Positions 1 through 6,976 of a stretch of DNA of 10,442 bases are shown here, in pieces. The translations under genes were made by a program, and so were the position numbers. The stretch is from Thermoprotei archaeon (lineage in GTDB: Archaea > Thermoproteota > Thermoprotei > Thermoproteales > B15-G16). Below the pieces are notes generated by a model. The model was given only the letters and a program-made list of their open reading frames with translations, did no database searches and was not told where the DNA came from. How positions within the stretch are numbered: the stretch's first letter is position 1; each line of letters opens with the position of its first letter. The stretch lies in the NCBI GenBank assembly GCA_003649205.1, contig QMRC01000021.1:1-10442 (forward strand), given 5' to 3'.

Positions 1-39
1 TATTATATATTTCCTTATAATATATATAGAGTACTTTCA
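1..39 (+). repeat. Left terminal direct repeat (circular overlap or att core)
   Basis: TATTATATATTTCCTTATAATATATATAGAGTACTTTCA is identical to 10404-10442. It contains an inverted repeat TATTATA-N8-TATAATA (1-7/16-22). Confidence 0.97.
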
Positions 40-79
40 TACTCCTTTCTATTTCCTTCTAAGAATTTCGAAAACCAGC

Positions 80-475
80 AAACCACCCATACCTTGGGGA
101 TATCCATAGGTGGGGGTTATGACAGACAGGTCTTCTAGAGAGTAGTGGGGTATAATCCCGATATTCATCGCTGTATAAACCCCCTAATCAAACCAGTCAT
201 CAGACCCCCCATTACTTGACCTTGGGGGTCATCAGTCTCTATTCTCTGATTGTACGGTACGAAGAATATTATTTGTGTGGATACCTTTGGGCTGATTGTC
301 CGGGTCTGATGTGGGGGATTATCCGTACAATAATTTAATTGAGTATCGTGATCTGAATTCTTTTTACATTTCCATTAGAGAGACTATTCTCTATGTAGAG
401 ACCAGAAAGCCAGCTCGAAAGAGTAGAAAGAGGGGGGTCTGATGTTCTATTGCTAGCATATTCTCTACATAGCGA
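80..475. other. Structured non-coding region with G-tract motifs and inverted repeats; putative replication origin or att arm region
   Basis: Part of the largest intergenic gap. Inverted repeats: CATCAGACCCCCC 198-210/432-444 (13 bp; 10 bp also at 302-311), ATTGTACGG 249-257/323-331, CTATGTAGAGA 391-401/462-472, GACCCCC 203-209/224-230. Repeated WGGGGG(G)TY-like motifs. Confidence 0.5.
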
Positions 476-525
476 TCTTGGTAAGGCTATGGTTCTACTC
501 TTCTCCAACATTTTCGATAGGCGAC

Positions 526-598
526 ATTTTATGGTTACGGTTATGTGGAACATTTAATTCTTCAATTATCCACTATTTCATGGTCACGGTTATGAGGA
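526..598 (+). repeat. 24-bp imperfect direct repeat, 49-bp period
   Basis: ATTTTATGGTTACGGTTATGTGGA (526-549) vs ATTTCATGGTCACGGTTATGAGGA (575-598), 21/24 identical. Confidence 0.85.
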
Positions 599-645
599 TA
601 AATATAGAGTTGAATAGGCTACATTCTTCATGACGCTGAGTAGTC

Positions 646-656
646 GTGCTTATATT
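646..656 (+). promoter_or_regulatory. Putative TATA box of the first operon
   Basis: GTGCTTATAT, ~40 bp before the start. The same 10-mer precedes the recombinase (8878-8887), and GTGTTTATAT lies at 2538-2547. Confidence 0.55.
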
Positions 657-689
657 CCACATAAGAAACCATAGTTAGATGGTGGTGTG

Positions 690-977
690 ATGAAAGAGAT
701 TAGATTCAGACTACGTGATGCTGATTACGAGGTTCTGAGGGCTATTGCAAGGAATCGTGGATATACATCAGTTAATGAATTCGTTAAGCACCTTGTTCTT
801 GACTTGATTGAGAATCGTATAGTTATCGATCAGATAGATTGGAATAACTTGGTTTCGAAGGTGAACCATCTTCATGACAGAATAGATGATTTAGAAACTA
901 AACTTGTAGAGCTTGAAAAAGAGCTGAATGATTTGAAGAACAAGCTCAAAGGAACGTTGTTGTTTAAGGTGAGGTGA
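690..977 (+). CDS. RHH (CopG-like) DNA-binding protein with C-terminal coiled coil
   Basis: KEIRFRL beta strand, DADYEVLRAIARNRG helix, SVNEFVKHLV helix, then heptads (LHDRIDDLETKLVELEKELNDLKNKL). SD GGTGG. Alternative GTG start at 687. Confidence 0.85.
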   Translation: MKEIRFRLRDADYEVLRAIARNRGYTSVNEFVKHLVLDLIENRIVIDQIDWNNLVSKVNHLHDRIDDLETKLVELEKELNDLKNKLKGTLLFKVR

Positions 978-981
978 GATC

Positions 982-1170
982 ATGAGTCTTCGTAAGAAAA
1001 GAAAAGAGTATTTGGATAAGGTGATCTTATATTTTGTCAAATGCACAAGTGATGGTGTTCACTACACTACATTAGCAGTATACAAGGATTATGATATTGC
1101 ACGTGAAAAAGCAAGAGTCTTAGAGCACAAAGGGTTTAGACATTGTATAGTTGTTGAAATGGAGGTGTGA
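982..1170 (+). CDS. Small hypothetical alpha/beta protein
   Basis: SD GAGGTGA, 4 nt after the previous stop. LAVYKDYDIAREKARVLEHKG is a beta-alpha pattern loosely like SPOR or small phage domains. Confidence 0.75.
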   Translation: MSLRKKRKEYLDKVILYFVKCTSDGVHYTTLAVYKDYDIAREKARVLEHKGFRHCIVVEMEV

Positions 1171-1173
1171 GGT

Positions 1174-1704
1174 ATGGAGAAGAAGAGGGTTGAGTTTAGG
1201 GTAGATGAAGAGCTTCTTGAAGAGTTTGACAAGAAATGCATTGAGCTAGGAATCATGGATAGAACAACATGCATTATCGAGGCTATGAAGGGATTGTTAA
1301 ACAGGTCTCAGACAATAGAATACCTTGACAAGAGGATTGCTAGCAAAATGAAGCAGATGACCATCTATGATATTGTCAAGAAGGCTTTGGAGAAGGAAGC
1401 AAAGGAATTGTCGTATCAGCAAGTAGTTAAGGACTACTACGATAGGTTGAATAATATCATGAAGAAGATTGAACAAGAATTGCTGAGGCTTGAGAATGCA
1501 AGGTCTTCACTTAGGGGTATCGAGGATATGGATAGATACTTTGAGACGTTGAACAAGATCATTGATGAGCTTCATACGATTAGATCAGAATTACAGCAAT
1601 TAGATCAAGAACTGCATGCTATCAGAATTGCGTTATCGAGGAAGTCATCACAGCGTAGATCGAGGAGACGTAGGTATGAAGAATCGGAGATCATTGAGGG
1701 GTGA
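1174..1704 (+). CDS. RHH protein with long coiled coil and basic tail
   Basis: KRVEFRVDEELLEEFDKKCIELGIMDRTTCIIEAM fits RHH; extended heptads; RKSSQRRSRRRR tail; SD GAGGT. Confidence 0.85.
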   Translation: MEKKRVEFRVDEELLEEFDKKCIELGIMDRTTCIIEAMKGLLNRSQTIEYLDKRIASKMKQMTIYDIVKKALEKEAKELSYQQVVKDYYDRLNNIMKKIEQELLRLENARSSLRGIEDMDRYFETLNKIIDELHTIRSELQQLDQELHAIRIALSRKSSQRRSRRRRYEESEIIEG

Positions 1705-1776
1705 CCCCCCAGCCCAATGTATGGCTAGCTGTATACATTACCTGTGTTTTCACATTGAATATATGGTGACGGCTGT

Positions 1777-2049
1777 ATGAAAAACACATTTTTCATAACG
1801 TTATCCATAATTATCCTATCACTATTCTCATTGCTATTCATAATGGTATATGCTTTCCAATCGACAATCGAGAAAATCGCTAAATCACCATTTGTTGAGT
1901 ATGGATTTGCGATAATATGGTTTGTAATCCTATGTCTGTTTCTGATTGCTATGGGTTGGATACTTGTGAAAAGCTATGAGGCTTTTATACATTACAAGGA
2001 GTTAGATAGAATATGGAATGTGATGAAGGGACATGGAGCTGAAAAATAA
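1777..2049 (+). CDS. Small membrane protein (2 TM helices)
   Basis: Hydrophobic stretches FFITLSIIILSLFSLLFIMVYAF and YGFAIIWFVILCLFLIAMGWILV; SD GGTGA. Confidence 0.8.
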   Translation: MKNTFFITLSIIILSLFSLLFIMVYAFQSTIEKIAKSPFVEYGFAIIWFVILCLFLIAMGWILVKSYEAFIHYKELDRIWNVMKGHGAEK

Positions 2050-2057
2050 GTGATGAA

Positions 2058-2258
2058 TCACCCACACGCTGAATTTCTAAAAATCGAATCGATTATCTCA
2101 CGACATTTTGACTCTGCTACAAAGCATCTTACTTCTGTAATTCTATAGCGTCTAAGTTTTTGGTTGTAATCCAACCATACAATTGCTAGCACTCTTTTAT
2201 GTACATCAAATATCCATATCTTCAGCATTGTACCTAGCTTTATCGATTCCATGATCAT
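2058..2258 (-). CDS. Hypothetical protein (66 aa)
   Basis: Start moved to the ATG at 2258, which overlaps the upstream RHH stop (ATGA coupling); beta-rich sequence. Confidence 0.65.
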   Translation of the reverse strand: MIMESIKLGTMLKIWIFDVHKRVLAIVWLDYNQKLRRYRITEVRCFVAESKCREIIDSIFRNSACG

Positions 2259-2473
2259 TGGTTGATCCCCAGCTCTTCTTTGAATTCCTTTAAATGTCTT
2301 ACTGTAAACCATATGCATGCTCTTATGAATTCTGATCTCGATTTGAAACCCAGTGATTTGTACAATTCATCAACTAGCTGAAGGGTTTTGTAATGCATCT
2401 TTAGGCTGATTACTTTTGGATATCCAATATCTGCTTCTTCGAGTTCAATCGTGTATTTGTTTATCCAACGCAT
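2255..2473 (-). CDS. CopG/RHH transcriptional regulator
   Basis: KVISLKM...LQLVDELYKSLGFKSRSEFIRACI is a typical RHH signature. Start is ATG 2473 or GTG 2482. Divergent from the 2584 operon. Confidence 0.85.
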   Translation of the reverse strand: MRWINKYTIELEEADIGYPKVISLKMHYKTLQLVDELYKSLGFKSRSEFIRACIWFTVRHLKEFKEELGINQ

Positions 2474-2482
2474 GTGTATCAC

Positions 2483-2583
2483 GCATGTTATAGTATTATC
2501 TGTCCTACTAATAAACTGTTAATGTACTTACTCCTACGTGTTTATATAGTAACATTGACAAACTATGTATATTGGTGAAATCC
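2483..2583. promoter_or_regulatory. Divergent promoter region with two TCCTAC boxes
   Basis: TTTATATA at 2541-2548 (+); TTTATTA at 2515-2509 (-); GTCCTACTAA 2502-2511; CTCCTACGTG 2531-2540. Confidence 0.6.
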
Positions 2584-2796
2584 ATGAAGGTATCCTTTAG
2601 GTTGGATCCAAATAACCCTGCAGATAGGGCTCTGATCAACTATCTCAACTTTATCAATGCACCAAAAGCAGGATTAGCAGTTCACGAGCTTTTGAGAAGG
2701 TTAATAATGGAAAAATGTATGAATGATCCTGAATGGAAACATCTATACTGTAGTCATCTACGTGATGAACCGATCACCGTAAGGGTGAAAGCATGA
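2584..2796 (+). CDS. RHH-like small protein
   Basis: MKVSFRL strand, DRALINYLN helix, AVHELLRRLIME helix. SD GGTGA at 2574-2578 favours ATG 2584 over TTG 2572. Confidence 0.7.
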   Translation: MKVSFRLDPNNPADRALINYLNFINAPKAGLAVHELLRRLIMEKCMNDPEWKHLYCSHLRDEPITVRVKA

Positions 2797-3032
2797 ATGT
2801 GAGGATGTATACAGGTGTTATACACCTTGTCAAGTACGGCGATGTTCATATAATAGAGATTGCAATGACGAAGAAAGAAGCAGAAGAATTCATTGATACA
2901 ATGCTGAAGCTATGGTATCCAGTGATACGTGATTACTCAACAAATCGTTACTACATACCGTTGCTGAACATAGTAGTGAAAGTTATTGGTGATGAAAAAG
3001 ATGAAGGTGAGGATAAAGAAGGAGTGCAATGA
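2793..3032 (+). CDS. Hypothetical protein (79 aa)
   Basis: ATGA overlap with the previous gene; SD GGGTGA. Confidence 0.75.
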   Translation: MNVRMYTGVIHLVKYGDVHIIEIAMTKKEAEEFIDTMLKLWYPVIRDYSTNRYYIPLLNIVVKVIGDEKDEGEDKEGVQ

Positions 3033-3207
3033 AATAAGGTTTAGGTTATTCGGAAAGAACATTGCGTTGATATGTGATGACCAAGAAGTGCTGGAGATGG
3101 ATATCAACGAAGCAATGAAGATTATGAAGCAGTTGCACGAAATGATAGCAATGTACATAGCTATGAGTATAGGTCAAGAATCTTCAAAAAACGAGAATAG
3201 GAAGTAG
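3001..3207 (+). CDS. Hypothetical protein (beta strands followed by a helix)
   Basis: SD GGTGA at 2988-2992 favours ATG 3001; overlaps the end of the upstream gene; convergent with the 3209 gene. Confidence 0.7.
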   Translation: MKVRIKKECNEIRFRLFGKNIALICDDQEVLEMDINEAMKIMKQLHEMIAMYIAMSIGQESSKNENRK

Positions 3208-3208
3208 T

Positions 3209-3367
3209 TTATACAAGCTCTATTCCTAGCTCATCAAGTATTTTTCGTATGTACTCAGCTATTTTCTTTGGATTTGTATACTTTTTGATCATTCTTCTTA
3301 TTCTGATTTCTGTTATGATGCTGTAGCTTAGGAATATTGCTATCATTATGATCATGTCCATGTTCAT
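3209..3367 (-). CDS. Small single-pass membrane protein (52 aa)
   Basis: MNMDMIIMIAIFLSYSII hydrophobic N-terminus, then a basic amphipathic helix. A TATA-like TATATATTTA ~30 nt upstream suggests a leaderless start at 3367. Confidence 0.65.
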   Translation of the reverse strand: MNMDMIIMIAIFLSYSIITEIRIRRMIKKYTNPKKIAEYIRKILDELGIELV

Positions 3368-3425
3368 GTGTAGGACACCAGTACATATTAAATATATACA
3401 GGAATATGTATTCTGAGGTGATCGC

Positions 3426-3746
3426 ATGAAGGAGATCCTCGAAACGATTTCACGTCATTATAAATCACACCATATCGAAGCTCATCCCGTAGCAGAAGAT
3501 GAAGCTGAGATAGTGATTAGGATTGGTATCAAAGGTGTTGAACCCAAACAGCTCGACAACATTGTTAAGATTCTCGATATGTTTGTTACGGGTCTTAGCA
3601 AGGGTAAGCTAGTTATACCTGTTACAAAGAAGACCAAGAAGAAGTTTGAGGAAGAGATGAAGAAGATCGAGAAAGATAGGAAACTCGTACAAAAAGCATT
3701 CTTGGTAGCAAAAGGTCTTCATGTAGAGGGAATGGAGAATGAGTGA
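3426..3746 (+). CDS. Hypothetical protein (106 aa)
   Basis: Strong SD GAGGTGA; AT-rich TATA-like element at 3386-3398; typical codon usage. Confidence 0.8.
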   Translation: MKEILETISRHYKSHHIEAHPVAEDEAEIVIRIGIKGVEPKQLDNIVKILDMFVTGLSKGKLVIPVTKKTKKKFEEEMKKIEKDRKLVQKAFLVAKGLHVEGMENE

Positions 3747-4212
3747 AGAGGGTGGAAAGGTCAAAAGGACATTCAGAATACCGAAAGAGCTTGATGAAGC
3801 TTTGGAGATCTATGCATCTACGAAAGGAATGACAAAGGAAGAAGTAGTTACAACTGCATTGGAATCGTTTCTCAAAGGAGAAATAGTTGATTGGAGTCAA
3901 ATTCGTGGAGACCATATCATTGCAACGCTGAAGCTTTTGCAGTATATCAGAGACCTTGACTTAAAGCATGAGACCGAGAAGACCAAGGTGTATTTGCGTG
4001 CACGATTTGAGGAGATGAGCTATCTATCAGAACTTATCAGAAAGTATGAGGAGAAGAAACGAAAGATGGAGAAGGAAGAGGAGGAAGAGGAAGAAGAGAA
4101 GAGTAGTAAGCTTGAAACGTTGTTGTACTACATGCTTCTTGGTCTTGGTCAGAGACTAGGACTGATAGAATTTGTTGAATTACCTGAGTCTCAAGGTGAA
4201 GAATCCTCTTAG
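3739..4212 (+). CDS. RHH protein with coiled coil and poly-Glu tract
   Basis: KRTFRIPKELDEALEIYASTKGMTKEEVVTTALESFL fits RHH; E8 tract; 8-nt overlap with the upstream gene. Confidence 0.85.
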   Translation: MSEEGGKVKRTFRIPKELDEALEIYASTKGMTKEEVVTTALESFLKGEIVDWSQIRGDHIIATLKLLQYIRDLDLKHETEKTKVYLRARFEEMSYLSELIRKYEEKKRKMEKEEEEEEEEKSSKLETLLYYMLLGLGQRLGLIEFVELPESQGEESS

Positions 4213-4225
4213 CCTTGTCAATTCG

Positions 4226-4241
4226 TATTTTTGATGTTTTT
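4226..4241 (+). terminator. Oligo-T terminator
   Basis: TATTTTTGATGTTTTT just after the 4212 stop. Confidence 0.5.
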
Positions 4242-4246
4242 CAATA

Positions 4247-4273
4247 GTCCTACGCAACATGTTATATATCTTT
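4247..4273 (+). promoter_or_regulatory. Putative late promoter 1 (GTCCTACGCA-N5-TATA)
   Basis: GTCCTACGCA ACATG TTATATATCTTT; starts 58 bp before ATG 4305; aligns without gaps to 5430 and 7111. Confidence 0.8.
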
Positions 4274-4304
4274 CTTTGACGTAATTATTCTTGCAGGTGA
4301 TGTT

Positions 4305-4718
4305 ATGGGTAGGAAAAGATCTTTGCTAAAGAAAACTGAAGAAGAGATTATTGTTGAAGCAATAGCAAGAAGGATTTCAGCACTTGATCGTGCAAAAAGA
4401 GAGTATACATTGAAATACATAGTGAAGAATCCACAATGGGCGGGATGGTTAGCGTTTATGGTGGAGAACCTTGAAAAGCATAAAGATGAACTTGAGAGAC
4501 TCGATCCTGAGAGTAGAGCAAAGCTTGTATGGAGAATTATAAGTGAAGCTAAGGACGCATGGAGAGACCTACCACCTAGTGAAAAGGCTAAGTACATAGA
4601 GAGAGGAAGAACGCTGTTTACTGAGTACAAGAAGACGTTGGAGAAGCTCATCACTGAGGCTAAGGAGTATGAGAAACTTGCTGAAGAAGTTGAGAAGATG
4701 GTTGAAGCTCTCGTGTAA
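4305..4718 (+). CDS. HMG-box-like DNA-binding protein; candidate nucleoprotein
   Basis: K41-x-P43, W48, F51-x2-EN, W86-x2-L89-x3-EK-x2-Y97 and Y108 match the HMG-box consensus; basic N-terminus; SD GGTGA. The CDS is secure; the fold is inferred. Confidence 0.7.
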   Translation: MGRKRSLLKKTEEEIIVEAIARRISALDRAKREYTLKYIVKNPQWAGWLAFMVENLEKHKDELERLDPESRAKLVWRIISEAKDAWRDLPPSEKAKYIERGRTLFTEYKKTLEKLITEAKEYEKLAEEVEKMVEALV

Positions 4719-4731
4719 AGGGGTGGGATAG

Positions 4732-5307
4732 ATGGCTGAGGTTCCCAAGCTTCCAAAGATCAAGGCTGTTGGTAAGAAGGCTCTGATAAGCTTTGTAACA
4801 GGTACAATAACTACAGGTCTATTACGTAATGGTGCTAAGATTCCACAGCTTCATGGAATTGCTAGAGATTGGCTGAAGAGACCAAGGCTAGCAGGTCATG
4901 TTGTAGCAATACCAATGAACTTGATAGCATCTCTATTCGGTAAAGGAGAAGTTAGTGAGCAAGGAGCCTTTGCTCTTGGTTACAGTATTGGTGATGTGAT
5001 AGCAACTGAAGTAATGGATGCTGAGCCCGTTATTCTTGTGTACAATGATAAGATAAGGGTTGAGGGATTCGATGCTAATGCCGAGATAAAGATTATCATA
5101 GATGGTAAGGAGTATGGTGTAGATGCTTTCCAAACCCCAGCAACGTTTGGAACAATTGACACCACGAACAACAAGCTACTAACTGATGGTAGTGGAGTAT
5201 TTGAGGCTAAGTTCAAGGATACCTACGAGCTTGGTAGTGGAGAACACGATGTGTTTGTGTATCAAGTAGGTGCTAAGAAGGCTGGTAGGGTCAAGGTAGC
5301 TCTGTAA
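4732..5307 (+). CDS. Putative virion envelope or coat protein: Gly/Ala-rich apolar helices plus a C-terminal Ig-like domain
   Basis: N-half has three weakly hydrophobic helices. C-half IRVEGFDANAEIKIIIDG...TDGSGVFEAKF...GEHDVFV fits an Ig-like beta sandwich. SD GGGGTGG. Confidence 0.7.
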   Translation: MAEVPKLPKIKAVGKKALISFVTGTITTGLLRNGAKIPQLHGIARDWLKRPRLAGHVVAIPMNLIASLFGKGEVSEQGAFALGYSIGDVIATEVMDAEPVILVYNDKIRVEGFDANAEIKIIIDGKEYGVDAFQTPATFGTIDTTNNKLLTDGSGVFEAKFKDTYELGSGEHDVFVYQVGAKKAGRVKVAL

Positions 5308-5328
5308 AATCGTTCTTGAACCAAAATC

Positions 5329-5352
5329 TATTTTTTAACATATTTTCGTTTT
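5329..5352 (+). terminator. Oligo-T terminator
   Basis: T6 tract followed by further T runs after the 5307 stop. Confidence 0.55.
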
Positions 5353-5429
5353 ACACAGCTCAACTCAATTCTCGTGCTCTTCGAGACTGATGGTGATTAC
5401 CAGATTTTATCGTGTTTGAAGCAATATTT

Positions 5430-5456
5430 GTCCTACGCATAATTGTAGATATCTTT
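5430..5456 (+). promoter_or_regulatory. Putative late promoter 2
   Basis: GTCCTACGCA TAATT GTAGATATCTTT; 59 bp before ATG 5489. Confidence 0.75.
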
Positions 5457-5488
5457 GCTAATACTAATTCTATATTGCAGGTGAAAAC

Positions 5489-6721
5489 ATGATTATAGTC
5501 AAGGATTTTCCACGTGTGATACCAGCTCAAGCTTGTCCAGTAGTACAGGCTAAGATCATCGGTCACAACGGTAGGATTCTACGAGTTAAGTCAATAGATT
5601 ACTTCACGAAGAAGGTCATTGATGAGTATACCGTGAACATAACTAGCGATCCATTCGAGTACAACCTTACGTTTCCTACAGGTGACACCAACGAGATTAT
5701 TGTTGGTATCATAACGGTTGAGGATAGCAACGGTAATGTCTACGAATTCTACGAGACGCACATCATTCACATACCAGACAACGAGATTAGGGATCTTGGT
5801 GAAGAATACGAGATCTGGTATATTGCGAAGAATGGCTTTAGTGTCAAGGTCAAGGATACGAGGATGTATATACCAAACGATGGTATCTGCATGATCATAG
5901 CGTGGAAGAAAGGGAAGCTGATTGTTTGGGACGGTACCTACAAAGAGTATACAGGAAGATCAGCATTGCTGAAGCTGAGGTTTGTCGTGAGGAGAGATCT
6001 TGCGAGTGTCTATGCTAACACTATCGATGATAAGGATGTTACTGATATCATCTACAAGGTACCAGATCTTGCACCAATCGTTGGTGCTATTAGACTTGTT
6101 AAGCACATCTTCGAGGATAGGCGATTTACACCTGTAGCAGTTTCAGTTGAGTACGATGATAATAATGTGTATATCGAGGTTACGACACATGTAGATCTAT
6201 ATTCACCAATTGACCTTTGGGGCTTAATCAAAATACTAACAGGTGTCGGTGCTATAGTAGCAGGTGCAATTCTATTGATAGCAAGTGCAGGTGTATCAGC
6301 ACCACTATCATATGCGATGTTCACAGTTGGTGCTATGTCTATAGCATGTGGATTGATATCGATATTCGATGCAAAGCTACAGGAATCACCAAAGCAGATA
6401 GTGGAATATGCAAGATCAGTTGCTGAAGAAGCGAAGCAGAAGAATAGATCGACTAGACAAAAGCTTGAGGACTACCTCAACCAATTGGTTACAGAAGGAA
6501 AGATCACAGAGGATGAGAAGAACAAGATCCTTAGATATGTAGATGAAATTATTGCTACGTCTGAAGAAGCAATGGATGAGCTAGTGAATTCAGTTGATAA
6601 AGCTTACAAGAATGGATATAACGATGGTCTTGAGGAAGGAAAGAAGAGAGCAATTGTATACTCAGCAATTGCAGGAGGAGTAGGTTTTGGTATTGGAGTA
6701 ATTGCAGGTAAGAAGGTGTAG
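5489..6721 (+). CDS. Putative minor virion membrane protein: beta-rich N-domain, hydrophobic hairpin, coiled coil, C-terminal TM
   Basis: Apolar aa ~243-293 with two Gly/Ala-rich helices; charged helical region; C-terminal AIVYSAIAGGVGFGIGVIAG; SD AGGTGA. Confidence 0.75.
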   Translation: MIIVKDFPRVIPAQACPVVQAKIIGHNGRILRVKSIDYFTKKVIDEYTVNITSDPFEYNLTFPTGDTNEIIVGIITVEDSNGNVYEFYETHIIHIPDNEIRDLGEEYEIWYIAKNGFSVKVKDTRMYIPNDGICMIIAWKKGKLIVWDGTYKEYTGRSALLKLRFVVRRDLASVYANTIDDKDVTDIIYKVPDLAPIVGAIRLVKHIFEDRRFTPVAVSVEYDDNNVYIEVTTHVDLYSPIDLWGLIKILTGVGAIVAGAILLIASAGVSAPLSYAMFTVGAMSIACGLISIFDAKLQESPKQIVEYARSVAEEAKQKNRSTRQKLEDYLNQLVTEGKITEDEKNKILRYVDEIIATSEEAMDELVNSVDKAYKNGYNDGLEEGKKRAIVYSAIAGGVGFGIGVIAGKKV

Positions 6722-6725
6722 AGCT

Positions 6726-6932
6726 ATGGCTGAGAACCACAACACAAAGTTGTTGATTCACTACATTCTTAAGGAGCTTGAGAAGATTAATGATGAACTT
6801 GGTGTCTTAGCTGAGAGGATAGCGAGGTTAGAAGCTCAGCAATCGACTACACATATGATCATCAAGTATGTTGTTGTTCCATTGCTTGGAATAGTTGCGG
6901 GTCTTGTAGGTCTTAAACTGTTCTTACCTTAG
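6726..6932 (+). CDS. Coiled-coil protein with a C-terminal TM helix (XhlA-like architecture)
   Basis: LEKINDELGVLAERIARLE heptads, then IIKYVVVPLLGIVAGLVGLKLFLP. ATG 6726 lies 4 nt after the upstream stop; SD AGGTG. Confidence 0.75.
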   Translation: MAENHNTKLLIHYILKELEKINDELGVLAERIARLEAQQSTTHMIIKYVVVPLLGIVAGLVGLKLFLP

Positions 6933-6943
6933 TGTACAAAACC

Positions 6944-6952
6944 TGTTTTTTA
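6944..6952 (+). terminator. Oligo-T terminator
   Basis: T6 tract 13 nt after the 6932 stop. Confidence 0.45.
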
Positions 6953-6976
6953 CAATTCTCTAAATGGGTAGGAGTC

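Noticed and set aside
140-165. GGGGTATAATCCCG resembling a tRNA T-arm (possible attP)
   Set aside because: No TTC in the loop, no acceptor stem or CCA, and no cloverleaf.
95-320. G-quadruplex
   Set aside because: The G runs are split between strands and mostly separated by long loops; no compact four-tract motif.
335-553. 72-aa minus-strand ORF
   Set aside because: Lies across the repeat-rich region, has atypical Ser/Leu-rich composition and no clear SD; probably spurious.
517-625. Mini-CRISPR array
   Set aside because: Only two imperfect 24-bp copies with a 25-bp gap, no GAAA(C/G)-type end and no cas genes.
982-1170. SPOR peptidoglycan-binding domain
   Set aside because: Only a loose half-motif in a protein with no export signal and an archaeal context.
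4262-4763. 164-aa and 64-aa minus-strand ORFs
   Set aside because: Antisense shadows of the 137-aa gene; Ser/Leu/Phe richness mirrors Glu/Lys codons on the plus strand.
6726-6932. Holin/lysis cassette
   Set aside because: The coiled-coil plus TM layout is generic and no endolysin is present; a virion role is equally likely.
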